Positions 21,251-33,746 of a stretch of 64,000 bases of DNA are shown here, piece after piece. Numbering within the stretch: the stretch's first letter is position 1; the number at the start of each line of letters is the position of its first letter. The notes beneath the pieces are model-generated. The model was not told the DNA's origin and ran no database searches. It saw only the letters and a list, made by a program, of their open reading frames with translations. Source of the DNA: Sphaerodactylus townsendi (Eukaryota); contig NC_059439.1 in NCBI RefSeq assembly GCF_021028975.2, positions 33,232,001 through 33,296,000 on the forward strand, read 5' to 3'. The translations under genes were made by a program, and so were the position numbers.

Positions 21251-22080
21251 AGCTAAACTTAGAGCGACACTTTATTGGGCCTTTCTGAAGGCTTTGAGGG
21301 AACGGGTAGAAGCTCTTTATAGAGACTTGAGGAATCCAGTGGATGTCAATATCAAACTCCACCACAGCAAGTCTCAAAGCAAGGGGTCTGCACGGAGGAC
21401 TGCAGGAATCAATATTTCAGCTGCAGCCAAGTTTTTTTTCCATGTCAGCTCCGCCTCCCCCACTTGTACTTGAAATGAAATGTGTTAAGAACCTGGGAAT
21501 CCGGTTGTTTTCTCCAGGTTTTCAACATGCTAGTGTTTGTAACTAGTACACTTCCTTTCCTTTTGATTGTTGCTTTGAATTCTCTTTGATACATTCATTC
21601 ATTCATTTATTAGATTTGTATACCGCCCTCCCCCGAAGGGCTCAGGTCATAGTGGTATGCTTTCCTCTGATTATGTATATAAATATGTCCTTAAGATTGC
21701 ATTGTTTTGCACTTGTATGTGCAGGTGTGCGGGGAAAATGTTTTTCTTTGCCCATGTCTGCTCTAATTATATATATATATATAATATATATATATACATT
21801 TCCTTAGTTATACACTCTGCATTCTTACTACTGGGCTATATTTTGCCAGCTCTTTCAATGAAGTCATTTACTATACCTGTTATGTTTATATCCTACTTTT
21901 CAGGTAGATTGGTTTGTAAAATGGCTTATATTTCAAGTCCACAGTGATATGCAATTGAAATAAGGGCAAGAAATCTTTTGAGTAATTTGTGGAGAATGCA
22001 GTTAATAAATATTTCCAATAAACAAATACTGCTGTTGAAGCATCCTGTAGAATGCTGTGTGCCTGTTGGTCTATATAGGG

Positions 22081-22597
22081 CAGTGGTGGCGAACCTATGG
22101 CACGGGTGCCAGAGGCGGCACTGAGAGCCCTCTCTGTGGGCACGGACAAACAGAGTGCCCCCCCCCCCCACACACACATCTAGGCTGGTCTGGGCTGCTG
22201 GGTTTATTATTAGCATTAAACCTAAGACCTAGTTTTGGGGAAGCAGTGTAGGTAACCCTGTTAAGCGCTGTTAAATCACATTGATTTTCATGTGAAGAAC
22301 AAAAGTGTGATCCTTTACCTGGGAGTAAGCTCGGTTGCTGGCAATGGGGCTTGCTTCTGAGTAAACCCTCCTAGGGTCGTGTTTCACCCCTTGGAAGAGT
22401 TGCACGGTTGTTTCAAAGCAAAGCCACCAACTACCACCAAGCTTACTCCCGAGTAACACACGCCTCGGAGCCAACCGTTTTTTCCAAACTGAAACCTCAG
22501 TATTCCGGTTAAATTGCCGTGTTGGCACTTTGCGATAAATAAGTGGGTTTTGGGTTGCAATTTGGGCACACTGTCTCGAAAAGGTTCGCCATCACAG
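22081..22597 (+). mobile_element. Non-autonomous hAT element (~520-bp family)
   Basis: Same TIRs as 4913; 8-bp TSD ATATAGGG. Confidence 0.9.
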
Positions 22598-23905
22598 ATA
22601 TAGGGTTTTCCTCTGGAGAGAAGAGGACGGAACTTTTGTTCTCATGTCAGATGCCCAGTTCTGTTCTCTCCCCAAACTTCCTAATTGCTACAGCTGCAGT
22701 TTGTAATCCCCCCATCCCCAAGTTGACAGTCCATTGAATTAACCTTTGGTTCCCATTTACTTAGATCTGAATTGTGGCAATGTAGTGAACTAAATCATTA
22801 TTCACGTTCTTTAATGTTGCATTATTTATATATTGGTATATCTAATTCTCAGCATGGCCCCGCTGCGGAGAAAAGTGGGGTAAAATGAACAAATATAGTT
22901 GAAGATAGGGGGCAGATAAAAGGTAGGTTGGAAGGAGAGGAGGAAGCATGGCAGAGCGAGGATATGGGGATAACTTGCATCCAGCTTACATTATTATCTT
23001 CTCCACTGTATCCTCACAACAACCCAGTGAGGTATGTGAGGCTGAGAATGTGTAATGGGTCCAAGGATTGTCCACTGACTTTTGCGGACTGGCTGCTATT
23101 GAACAGTAGCAAGCAGCTACTCCTGGGTGAGTCATGCAAACAGCATGGTATTAGGTTATCCAGCCCTTGCTTCCAAGCCTAGCCCCGATTTCTCCTTTGA
23201 AGGCCAAACCATTCCCCGGGAGGGCTTTGCCCCCTCCCCTGCTTTAAATAGACAGAACTCAAGGCTGGCAATATGGAGAGGGCATTTACTTCTTAAAGCT
23301 ACATTTACTATTTCTATTATTTTGGGTGTTTTTAAACCCCTCAGTTTATTTTTTTTTAAATTTCAATTGCAGTTTTTTTAAAAAAGTAAACCTGAGGCTG
23401 TCCTCGGGTTTATAGAGAGATGCCACCTCGACTGTTTATGGCTCCCGTCTCTGGAATGAAGTATCCACAGATTTGGCCATGTTTAGAATTAGGCATATTG
23501 ATTTAGGATTACAAGCAGTTGATAGCAGATATCCTAGCGCCCTGGGCAGAGCCTCCTTGGGCGTATGCAGTGTATCTCTGCCTTCTGCTGTCAGAAACAG
23601 ATTTCAGAAAGGAGAGTCTCAGAGCACGTGCAAAATATTTCTCTGTTACAGAAGCAACTAACTTGTTTGCATTTGCTTTGTAACGGATGTTAGTAACTAC
23701 TCCGTTGTAATACGACTTCATTAAAATACATCATTCCAGAGGTCGAAGAATCTCTTCTCTGCCTGTTCCCTTAAATTTCCAATCCGTTGTAACCTCTCCT
23801 CCTGTAGTGCGTCCTCCAGCCCTTCAGATGTCCTCGTAGGTGCTTTGAGTCTCTCTCGTTGCAAGCACGGGAGCTGCAGGAAGCGGACCAGGATAGGGAA
23901 GAATC

Positions 23906-23953
23906 ATGGCCGAGGAAGAAGAAGACAACTCACAAGCCCAGCAACGCTTGCAG
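23906..23953 (+). CDS. TTC5: TTC5 exon 1
   Basis: MAEEEEDNSQAQQRLQ; donor CAG|gtaggg. Confidence 0.85.
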
Positions 23954-24302
23954 GTAGGGCAGGCCAAAGAGCTCGCCGCGGGGCCAGCCAGCTTGCAACG
24001 AGAAATCCCTGCAATCTGTGCTTAAAACGGGGCAGTTTAGGCTTGATTGCTCTGCTGCTCGTTTCAGGATTCACACGTACAAACGTAGGAAAGCGGAGAC
24101 CCCAGAGATGGGTGGGTTGCAGGATGCAAACGGTCCCCTCCGTTATCTTCGACAGCTGCCTGCAATGCCCTGTGCTTATCGCTATGTTGGATCACAATAC
24201 TCCGGGCCAATGGAGGAGGGGTGTGTGGAGATAGTGAAGGAATGGAGAGGCTGGGAGCTGTGCGGGGGAAGAGAGCCCCGTGTCTGACTACTGCTGGAAA
24301 AT

Positions 24303-24396
24303 TTTCCTTGGTGGTCTCCCATCAGAGTATTAACCAGCGCCGAACCTTCTTAGTTTCTAAGATTTGATGAGATCGGGCAAGCCGGGGTCATCCAGG
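24303..24396 (-). mobile_element. 5S rRNA-derived SINE fragment
   Basis: Degenerate reverse-strand 5S-like head ('ggtctcccatc...gagatcgggc'); similar pieces at ~34575 and ~43178. Confidence 0.6.
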
Positions 24397-24470
24397 TTAG
24401 GTCTAGTCAATATACTTGCATCTTGAATTATCTAATGGTTACGCGTCTTGTGTGAACAACTATCTGATAG

Positions 24471-24603
24471 GAGCTGGTGGACCAGTTGTACCATTTCCGA
24501 GACCATTACTTTGAGAGCCATGGTGTGGAGGATGCTGGGAAAAAGCAGCAGGATGTACAGAAAGAAATGGAGAAGACTCTGCAGGCGATGGAAGCCTTAG
24601 AAG
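24471..24603 (+). CDS. TTC5: TTC5 exon 2
   Basis: [38 protein letters not shown]; 133 nt; AG/GT boundaries. Confidence 0.95.
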
Positions 24604-24778
24604 GTAATTCCCATGAAACCTTTAATCCCCGTCTTGCAAGCTGTCCAGTCTCTTCCTCTCTTGCTGGCACGAATGACAACTGCTTAATGCTGTGGTGACC
24701 CAAATTGTCATTAAAGGAAGGTCTGCTAATTAAGCTGTCGTGGAAAGATAGTTTCTTTTTCTCCCCTTCCTCTGCCAG

Positions 24779-24990
24779 GCCTGCCCCAGGGACGAGCCCA
24801 CATACTGATGCTGAAGGGGAAGGCTCTGAATGTGACCCCAGAGTACAGTGCCCAAGCCGAAGAGCTGCTATCCAAAGCGGTCAAGTTGGACCCAGAACTA
24901 GTTGAGGCCTGGAATCAATTAGGAGAAGTTTACTGGAAAAAGGGGGATGTTCCTGCTGCCCATACTTGCTTCTCTGGAGCCCTGAGCCAT
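24779..24990 (+). CDS. TTC5: TTC5 exon 3 (TPR)
   Basis: [14 protein letters not shown]...[31 protein letters not shown]; 212 nt. Confidence 0.96.
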
Positions 24991-25234
24991 GTAAGTCTCC
25001 CACAGTTCCTCCCTTGAGGAAGAAGCGTGGTGGGGTTTTGATTTGAACAGTTGCCTGGATTTTTCTGAACTAATGTCAGTGTGGAGGAGATCAAACAGGT
25101 GCCCTCACATTCATTGGCAAGTCACCTCCCAAAAAGAACTTTTGGGAAGCAAACAAGGTCATGCTTGTGGTCTTGGTGATTGTTTGTCTGATGCTCAGAT
25201 CCCCGCCTTGGAGGGTCCTAAATGTCAGCCAATA

Positions 25235-25535
25235 TGTCTCATGTTGGTGAGGGAGCAAACTTGTTTCCTGCTGCTCCAGAGACTAGGACCAAGAAGAATG
25301 GGTTCAAGGTGAAGGAGAAGAGATTCCACCTAAATATCAGGAAAAAAAACTTCCTGACAGTAAGGGCTTGTCGACAGCGGAATGCACTATCTTGGAGTGT
25401 GGTGGAGTCTTCTTCTTTGGAGGTTTTTCAACAGAGGCTGGGTGGCCACCTGTCAGGAGTGCTTTGATTATGTGTTCCTGCATTGCAGGGGGTTGGACTT
25501 GATGGCTCTTGGAGCCTCTTCCAACTGTATGATTC
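25235..25535 (+). mobile_element. CR1 LINE 3' end in a TTC5 intron
   Basis: ETRTKKNGFKVKEKRFHLNIRKKNFLTVRA peptide and 'ttccaactgtatgattc' tail; matches 63290-63546. Confidence 0.85.
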
Positions 25536-25572
25536 AAACCCGATTCTGTCTTCCCCTGCCCCTTTTTCTCAG

Positions 25573-25723
25573 TGCAAAAACAAGATGTCCTTGCAGAATC
25601 TCTCTATGGTGCTACGGCAACTGCGCACGAGCTCCGCTGATGAGCACGCGCACAACGTCATGGACAGCGTGCGGCAGGCCAAGCTGGCCGTGCAGATGGA
25701 CGTACGTGACGGCCGCTCCTGGT
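25573..25723 (+). CDS. TTC5: TTC5 exon 4
   Basis: [18 protein letters not shown]...[22 protein letters not shown]; 151 nt. Confidence 0.96.
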
Positions 25724-25819
25724 GTGAGTCTGCCGTTCCCCTTTTAGCCACCCCCGAGGGCGAGAGAGGCTCTGAGAAGGAGGGGGATGGTGACATGTAC
25801 ATTAATTGTGTTTCCACAG

Positions 25820-25911
25820 ATGTCCTGGGCAACGCCTACCTCTCCTTGTTCTTCAACTCAGGGCAGAATCCCAAGATCTCCCAGCAGGCATTGAGTGCCT
25901 ATGCACAAGCA
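25820..25911 (+). CDS. TTC5: TTC5 exon 5
   Basis: [30 protein letters not shown]; 92 nt. Confidence 0.95.
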
Positions 25912-26220
25912 GTAGGTGCTGGCATGGGCTCCAGAACAGGCTGTGGGCTGGGGAGGAAGGGGTGGTGGGCTCAGTTGGGCCTCTGTGTGATGTCAGAGGT
26001 TGCGGTGAAAAGAGCCACTCTTGCAGAGGAGAGAAGGGTTTTCAATTTGGGCCTGGAGAGGGCTGTCCTCTGCATAAGATGGCATCGGTGAAGGTTGTTC
26101 TGCTCACGTGCCTAAGATAGGACTAAGATTTGTAATTTGTGACCCCTGGAAGAGGTGCTTGGAGCTGCCGTGTGCAGAGGAAGCAATGTTCATGCCCTTT
26201 TCTCGGCCTTCGTTCCCTAG

Positions 26221-26277
26221 GAGAAGGTGGACCCCTCTGCATCTTGTAATCCTGACCTGCATCTCAATCGAGCCACG
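26221..26277 (+). CDS. TTC5: TTC5 exon 6
   Basis: EKVDPSASCNPDLHLNRAT; 57 nt; ccctag| and |gtgagc. Confidence 0.93.
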
Positions 26278-26876
26278 GTGAGCTGATAAGAAGGGGGCGT
26301 GGTACTGTGTAATGTGTGGCTGATTTACTTACTTATTTATATCCTGCCTTCTCCATGGGGGCCCTGAGCAGCTTGCATCATTCTCCTTGCCACCATTTTA
26401 TTTGTACAACAACCCTGTGAGGTCACCCAGTAAACTTCCCTGGCAGAGTGGGGGTTCGAAGCTGGTTTTCCCAGATCCTAATCTGACATTTTAACTACAA
26501 CACTGCACTGGTTTAAATGCATCTGAAAGGACTATGGAAAGGTTGTTGTAACCTTACTAATGGGTTGATGGACAGAAGAGGGTCCTGGAATGAAAGGCAG
26601 ATAGGCTGTCAAACCGGGAAATGAATTCCAACCCCTTTCTCCCTTTGGCCCTCTGGTCTGATTGCTCAGCATTTGGCTGCTTCTGTAGTCTCCTTTCCTT
26701 ATGATAATATAAAGCCCACTCAGGGAGAGGGAAGGAGGGACTAGGAGAACATTCCACAAAGTCTGTGCTGTTCCTAACATAAAGTACTCTAGTGGGTGAG
26801 GAGACTTGCAGTTTGTTTGGGACACAGATGAGAACGTCAAACACAGTTCAGTGCGATGTAGTCTCAGCTGGCATGT

Positions 26877-27063
26877 CAAAACACGGGACTTTGCCCTCAA
26901 AACATGGGACTTTGCACCCATGCCAGAATGATAGACAGGTGTTTTGAATCCTAGACCTGTTCTTTAATTTTGTTCTTGCTTCAAAACACGGGACTTTGCA
27001 CCCATGCCAGAATGGTAGACAGGTGTTTTGAATCCTAGACCTGTTCTTTAATTTTGTTCTTGC
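26877..27063 (+). repeat. Tandem ~85-bp duplication in TTC5 intron 6
   Basis: 'caaaaca(c/t)gggactttgcacccatgccagaatg(a/g)tagacaggtgttttgaatcctagacctgttctttaattttgttcttgc' x2, plus a third partial head. Confidence 0.9.
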
Positions 27064-27140
27064 CTCATTTACAAGTTCTGATTTCTTTGGGACTTTCCCT
27101 TCTGCAACCTGTCACCCTGTGCTGTGTTCTTTTGGGGCAG

Positions 27141-27287
27141 CTCTATAAGTATGAAGAAAACTACCTGGCAGCTCTGGAGGGTTTTGCCCGGGCTGGAGCC
27201 CTTGACCCAGCTTGGCCAGAACCACATCAGCGGGAGCAGCAGCTGGTCGATTTCCTAGAGAGGCTCACCGGTCTCCTTGAAAACAAG
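27141..27287 (+). CDS. TTC5: TTC5 exon 7
   Basis: [28 protein letters not shown]...LLENK; 147 nt. Confidence 0.95.
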
Positions 27288-27392
27288 GTATTGCTAAATG
27301 AGACCGGACTTCTTGCCCTTCTGTAGCCTTGTGTGTGAAGGGCATTATCCCCTCAGCCATGCTGACTAACCCTTCTGCTATCTCCCTTTCAG

Positions 27393-27607
27393 GGAAAGGT
27401 GAAGGGAAAGAAGCTGCAAAGCATGCTGGGAAGCCTGCGTCCCTCTCAGCTGGGTCCCTGTGGGGATGGCCATTACCAGGGCCCCTCAGGCCAGAAGGTG
27501 GAGCTGGAACACCGGCCCCTGAGTACCCTGAGGTTGGGGGTTAACACAGGCACGGTGGTCCTGGGAAAAGTTCTGTTCAGCCTGACCACAGAGGAGAAGG
27601 TGCCTTT
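27393..27607 (+). CDS. TTC5: TTC5 exon 8
   Basis: [26 protein letters not shown]...[16 protein letters not shown]; 215 nt; branch-point-like CTGACTAAC upstream. Confidence 0.95.
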
Positions 27608-27783
27608 GTGAGTATCTGTCCCACATGTATTAATCTCTGCTGTTTTCCCCCTGTGTGCTCAGCTTTCATCTTTGTCCATTTTGTTCTCTTTATTAGGGCT
27701 TATATCCTGCTGTAACTTAAAAGACTTAGAGCTTCACAGGACACAATTGGCCACTTGAACATTTACTCATTGTTTATCTAAAC

Positions 27784-27931
27784 CAGGGGTAGGGAACCTG
27801 CGGCTCTCCAGATGTTCAGGAACTACAATTCCCATCAGCCTCTGTCAGCATGGCCAATTGGCCATGCTGGTAGGGGCTGATGGGAATTGTAGTTCCTGAA
27901 CATCTGGAGAGCCGCAGGTTCCCTACCCCTG
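27784..27931. mobile_element. 148-bp palindromic hAT MITE
   Basis: Near-perfect palindrome CAGGGGTAGGGAACC...GGTTCCCTACCCCTG; TSD ATCTAAAC. Confidence 0.9.
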
Positions 27932-28180
27932 ATCTAAACTTTTTATATCTTACCTTTCTTCAAATCCGGGCTCAAGAGTTAATCCAATTGAAACAGTGAA
28001 AACAGTTTAAAAACTCCCCTCAGTTGAAACAAAACCCTCACCCAAGTGTCAATAGTTAATTGCTCTGGTCTGTGTGGAAGTGCCTGTTGTATCGTTTTTC
28101 CTGCCTGCCTCTCCACTATCTCCACTAACTTTTACTGATACATCTTTGATGCTTTTGTTATCCTTTCTGTTTCTTGACAG

Positions 28181-28328
28181 CACTTTTGGCTTGACTGATT
28201 CCTCTGAGTGCTCCTGTTTTGCTGTGACCGTTTACAACATGGCCCAAAGCTGGGGGGTTCTGATTGGGGACTCGGTGGCTATTCCTGAGCCTCACCTTCA
28301 GCACCATCACATCCAGCATCAAGGCAAG
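28181..28328 (+). CDS. TTC5: TTC5 exon 9 (OB fold)
   Basis: TFGLTDS...[25 protein letters not shown]; 148 nt. Confidence 0.95.
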
Positions 28329-28707
28329 GTGAGCTGGGGCCACAGCCTCCTTCCACCCTGCCTTCCCACGCTCCAGTATGTGCCATGAATAAAGAGCCTC
28401 ATATAATAGCAGGCCCCAGAGTCTCATAGCTGTGACAGGCTGAACTGTATTCCTTGAACATAGAAGTAGTGAAAACAAAAGACTCTTAAGGCAGGGGGGG
28501 ATCAATGCGAAGGTTGCAGCCCCTCCTCCCCTCACCCCAGTTATTGCTGTGACTGACCCACGAGTCAGTCGTTGCAGAATGAAGACTATTTCCTGGGGGG
28601 AAGACATTGCAATCTGGAATGGCTCATTGGAAGGGCCTCTACCATGCAGGGAGAAGGTGCCAGCTTCAATCCCCACCATCTCCAGTTAAAAAGGATCAGG
28701 TAGTAGA

Positions 28708-28987
28708 GGAAGAAGAGTTTGGATTTATACCCCACCTTCCTCTCCTGTAAGGAGATGCAAAGGGGCTTACAAGCTCCTTTCCCCTTCCTCTCCCCACAAC
28801 TGACACCTTGTGAGGTAGGTGGGGCTGAGAGAGGTCTGAGAGAACTGTGACTAGCCCAAGGTCACCCATCAGGAACGTAGGTGTGCGGAAACACATCTGG
28901 TTCACCAGATCAGCCTCCGCCACTCAGGTGGAGCAGTGGGGAATGAAACCCAGTTCTCTAGATTAGAATCCACCTGTTCTTAACCAT
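28708..28987 (-). mobile_element. Squam3-like SINE
   Basis: Same family as 16404-16698. Confidence 0.8.
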
Positions 28988-29265
28988 GTGGAATGGAAGA
29001 CCTCTGCCTGGAGATCCACCGCCAGCCTGAGTAGGCAATACTGACCTTGATGGACCAATAATCTGATTCAGTATGAAGCCTGCAGTATGAGCCTGCAGGC
29101 CTCTAGCTGTCCTTTTATTGATGGTTTTGCAACATAGGTTCGGTTGTCATAAAATGCGAAAGCCCCGCTCCCTTTTTACCGTTGATAGGATTCAGAGGGG
29201 AGCAGGTCCTCATTTGATTGAATTTTCTACCCGATTCCCCCCCCCCTTTTCTTTCTCCTTTCCAG

Positions 29266-29385
29266 AGTTTCACTTTCTCGAGCATCCGTGTGGAGACCCC
29301 GCTGCTGCTGGTAGTGAACGGCAAAGCACAGGGATCCCAGAGCCAGGCTGCGGCCACTGTGGCTTACCAGGCCCAGAGTGAATGA
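29266..29385 (+). CDS. TTC5: TTC5 exon 10 (terminal)
   Basis: [39 protein letters not shown]; summed CDS 1323 nt = 440 aa. Confidence 0.94.
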   Translation, partial: SFTFSSIRVETPLLLVVNGKAQGSQSQAAATVAYQAQSE

Positions 29386-29573
29386 TGTGCGGGGTGGAAG
29401 TGCGCCTCCCCCCACCCTCCCCCTAGCAAAGCTTGGCCTTCTGGCCTGTGTTCCGTCATGTCTGAAAGAACAGTGGCCTGGGAAGGTTGAGTGGGTTTTA
29501 TCTCCTATTTTGGGCATTTTGCAGCTGAGTGTGTGCTCAAACCAGGGGTTAGCATTGCTCAGTTTCTCTAAAC

Positions 29574-29696
29574 CAGGGGTCTGCAACCTGCGGCTCTCCA
29601 GATGTTCACGGACTACAAATCCCATCAGCCCCTGCCAGCCTGGCCAATGGGCTGAAGGGAATTGTAGTCCATGAACATCTGGAGAGCCGCAGGTTG
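29574..29696. mobile_element. Palindromic hAT MITE in the TTC5 3'UTR
   Basis: Same family as 27784; 'ctctaaac' on both flanks; right terminus shortened. Confidence 0.75.
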
Positions 29697-30360
29697 CTCT
29701 AAACAATCCCACTTCTGCAGATACCACTCTGTGCTTTGATGCACTGTTGTAACAAAATTAGGCTTAATCCAGCAGAAAAAGGACCTCAGGTTTCCCTCCC
29801 TGTTTGTTCTCCTTTCAAAGTCATGCTGGTGTGATGTTGAGGATTTGTAATCAGATCCCCAGATGTGTAGTGGATCCTTGCAAATCAGCTGCTGCAGGTC
29901 CTGAAAGGAATTATCCTGCGATTTCCCTTGTCAAACTTCCTGGAAGGAAAAGGCCAAGAGAGTGTCTCCCATTTTTCCTCTAGTCAGGGGAGGAAGGAGG
30001 CCTTGGGGTGGTTTCGATTGGGGGAAACAGCAGCAGCTTGTGAAGGGTAAGCTACTTGTTCATGGCCCAAGTTCTGACCCTCAAGGTCATGTTGCTGACA
30101 GACTTCTCCCACTTTTCATGATGCTGTTTTGGTCTTCTGTGTCAGGGCCCAGTTGCTCATTCCAATTTCAGTTTGAGCGCTTAAGTTCCTTGGGTTCAAA
30201 GTCTTTTGTAAATCCCAGGTGCTCAAGATCTATTATCTTTGTGTGAGTGTGAGTGTGTGTGTATATATATGTACAGGAGAATATTTGTATTTATTTGGCA
30301 AAATTTGAACTTGGTTTTGTAAGTTTTTTAATACATTTTTTCAGACTGTTCTCCCTAGGC

Positions 30361-30366
30361 AATAAA
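30361..30366 (+). terminator. Candidate TTC5 polyadenylation signal
   Basis: First AATAAA I found after the stop codon, followed by a U/GU-rich tract. Confidence 0.6.
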
Positions 30367-32365
30367 TATTTGTTCTTTGCCTTCTCTGCGGTGTCTTTCG
30401 TATGGATTCCAGAACCAAAGAAAGGTATCATATTGCATTGAGAAGCATCTTCAAGGCAAGTTTAAGACACAACATTACATTTTATCTCTGCCGTAGCCCT
30501 ATGAAAGATGCTAGAGCAGTGGCTCTTAACATTTAATCCACTGCTGCCTACCAGACACAAAACATTATCATTGAACACTCCACAAACTCCAAATGAAAAA
30601 TTAGGACACACAAACAGCCCCACAGAGTCACCCAGGGTGCAAGAGTGATACTTGCTTCAAGGCCAGAGACTCAGGGATGAATAGGGTTGGCCGGTCTTGT
30701 GTTTGGTTTTTTTGGGGGGAGGGGGGCAGTTCCTAGTTTGGGATGGGAAGGTAGTGGCCTGTGAATCTGATATGCCTTAGCAATTTTATCTGGCCTCTGA
30801 TGGCCTTACCAAAGGCTTATGGGTAAGAAAGTTTCACTCTAATGTGAAGAAGCCTGTCTTTGAGTACATAAGTGTGTACATCTTGTCTCTATAAAGCTGT
30901 GTGCGAAAGCCTATGCTTCTTAATTAGGAAACCCCTTTGGGCTGCTCTGGTTTTAATGTAGAGTCTGGCGGTTTGACAAAGGGTCTCAGTGTTTGAGACA
31001 AGCCCTGTTTCTGGAACTTGGAGAATGGCATGGCCCCGAAGGCTACAGAGGCTGGCCATCCCGATCATAAATCTTAACCTAGCGGAATTAGGAAGTCGCC
31101 CTGCAAGGGCCAAGAGGAGTATTTGCTGGGAAGTCCTGCGCAGCTGCTTCTCCATCCCATACACACTGCTGCCCCCTGGTGTGCAATTTAATTTCTCTTC
31201 ACATCTGCTGTGATACTCCCCTGTCAGCCAATTTTCTGTTCAACATTTAAGTATGTTGGGATATAGTGACACACAAAATTGCATGTAAGGTGTAGTTTGG
31301 CCAAAATCTGAGTCTCCCTCTGTCACTGTTTATATGAACGCTGACACATTTTAAAATCAAGCGTATGTTCCACCCAAACTGAGCTTTGCTTCTGTGTTAT
31401 ACGTGTGGGAATGGAAGAAATAATTGGAAATGCCTGGGAGCAGAACAGCCAAGAAGTGCTGAGAGTCTCAAAGCATACAGGGGGCTCCCCCTTGCAAGAC
31501 CTGCCCCCCTTGCCTTTGCTTCTACACATTATACTAATTTGTGTCCATCTGTCCCCCTCCCACTAGAGCAGCTAGCCTCCCTTCCACTGTTTGCTAATGT
31601 CTAGAGGTTTCCGATTTCTACACACAACTTTTTATCAGCTGTACACAGAAGAAATTCTGTGAATTTCTAGGGCTGAATTCTTTCACCACCACTTTTCCAG
31701 GGAGGAACTCTTCCAGCAGACGTTTCTCCTTTTTGGGCCATTTTAGGCTTCTCCCATGGACTTCAAAGATCCCAATCGCTAAATTTGACCCAAGATTCAG
31801 CCCACTATCATCCTACTAGCAGACAGGTAAAGTAATACAAGTTCTGCCTTCCTAAAGAACTACTAGGGTCACCTTTCAGTGACCTTTCTTGACTTAGCCT
31901 GCCAAAACTGCTGATCTGTCACCTAATTGCCCAAGCTCAGCAAATGTTGCAGCCAGCCAATTCATCTTAAATGGCTCCTGTGCGGGATCCCAAGAAAACA
32001 AGCTGGGAAGTTCAAAGTTAATGATGCCAAGATGGCTTTCCTCTCTTCCTGGTTTAATTCTGGTGGAATTCCCTGGAATGTTGGTATCCTGAGGTGGCCG
32101 GCTCTGCCTGAATTTGAGATGTGAAGCAACATAAACTGTAGTTGCTTATAACAATAGGACAGGGAACGGGTGGATTTGGAGAGTCAAGACCCCCAGTTCC
32201 TGCCCGTACCTTTGGTAAGGGAAGAGGAAGTAGTAACGCAGTTGATATAGGCCTGGATCTGGTTAGTCCCTGGATTGGGAGACCTGTTTGTATGCTGCTG
32301 AGTTTCATGATGGAAGAAAGTTTGGATGCAAATATAGTTTAAATATACTAATGCCACGAACACTG

Positions 32366-32664
32366 AAGAAGAGGAGTTTGGATTTATTCCACCCCCCCCA
32401 TTCTCTCCTGTAAGGAGACTCAAAGGGGCTTATAAGCTCCTTTCCCTTCCCCCCTCCACAAACACCCTGTGAGGTACGTGGGGCTGAGAGAGCTCAGAAG
32501 AACTGTGACTAGCCCAAGGTCACTGAGTTGGTGTGTGTTGGAGTGCACAAGCTAATCTGGTTCACCAGATAAGCCTCCAAAACTCAAGTGGCAGAGTGGG
32601 GAATCAAACCTGGTTTTCCAGATTAGAGTGCACCTGCTCTTAATCACTATGCCACTGCTGCTCT
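32366..32664 (-). mobile_element. Squam3-like SINE
   Basis: Same family as 16404-16698. Confidence 0.8.
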
Positions 32665-33129
32665 CACTGGAGTCTGTTTCCCATCTTCCAGTCATTTTGA
32701 ACAAGTTCTTGGACTAGTGCCAATCTCAGCGGCTAACTGATTATGAATACTATTAATTCCCCAGATGTAAGATGCTAGTATATGAGTATATGAGCTAGTA
32801 TATGAGCTAGGCCAAGAGATAAATACAATTCAGAGCAGAATTATGCCCTTTTAAAACAGTTGATGTCAATGGATATAGATGAATGTGACTCATCTTGGGT
32901 AAACTTAACAGGAAAGCATGGATTCTAGTCTAGTTTTAGTATGCTTCTTAACACTGCATTGCACTGAACGCACATGATCTGAACCCATGACATCATCCCC
33001 ATTCCAGCCATCTACTCATTGGATCTGTGGCTGTCCTCACAAGGGATGCTTGTGTGGTCATCTTTTGTATTTGCTGCATTGATATTTGGAGCTAATGACA
33101 CATACAACTTTTTGCCCACAACAATTCCC

Positions 33130-33530
33130 TCCCTAACATGGACACAGACTTTGGGACCAGGGCCTGCAACAAAACCAAGACACTAACTCTCCATATTCGT
33201 TCTAACAATGTAATAACTGGACCTAACAATACCAGCCATACCCTCTCATGTTCATTGTCTGGTTCATTTTCCAATGTTATCAATGCCATCAAATGTCATA
33301 AATGCTCTCCTGCTGTCTGTATTGGATAAACACGTCAGTCCCTACACAAAATGATAAAATCTGATATAAAAAACCATAATACTCAAAAACCAGTAGGAGA
33401 ACATTTTAATCTTCCTAGTCATTCCATTGCTGATCTAAGAGTGGCAGTCATCAAGCGGAGTAGCTTCAAGGGGAGATTACAATGTGAGACAGCTGAACGG
33501 AGGTTCATTCACAGGTTCATAACAATGGAC
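33130..33530 (+). mobile_element. Penelope-like element, degenerate GIY-YIG endonuclease fragment
   Basis: SNVINAIKCHKCSPAVCIG*TRQSL...KSDIKNHNTQKPVGEHFNLPSHSIADLRVAV. Confidence 0.8.
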
Positions 33531-33654
33531 CCCCTTCCTCCCCTGGCTGAAAATTGCACAGAACAAAATCCAGTTGATCTGGGAATTATTGTTAAAGATA
33601 TGTGGTTGGGATAGCCTTTATAGCTGGTGAGCAGAAATGAATGGAGGGCTACAA

Positions 33655-33746
33655 NNNNNNNNNNNNNNNNNNNNNNNNNNNNNNNNNNNNNNNNNNNNNN
33701 NNNNNNNNNNNNNNNNNNNNNNNNNNNNNNNNNNNNNNNNNNNNNN
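33655..33746. other. Assembly gap
   Basis: Run of N. Confidence 1.

Noticed and set aside
24303-24396. 5S rRNA gene
   Set aside because: Degenerate and dispersed in several copies; it is a SINE head, not a functional gene.
30889-32130. Short ORFs downstream of TTC5 as a pseudogene
   Set aside because: No recognisable domain or consistent exon structure.
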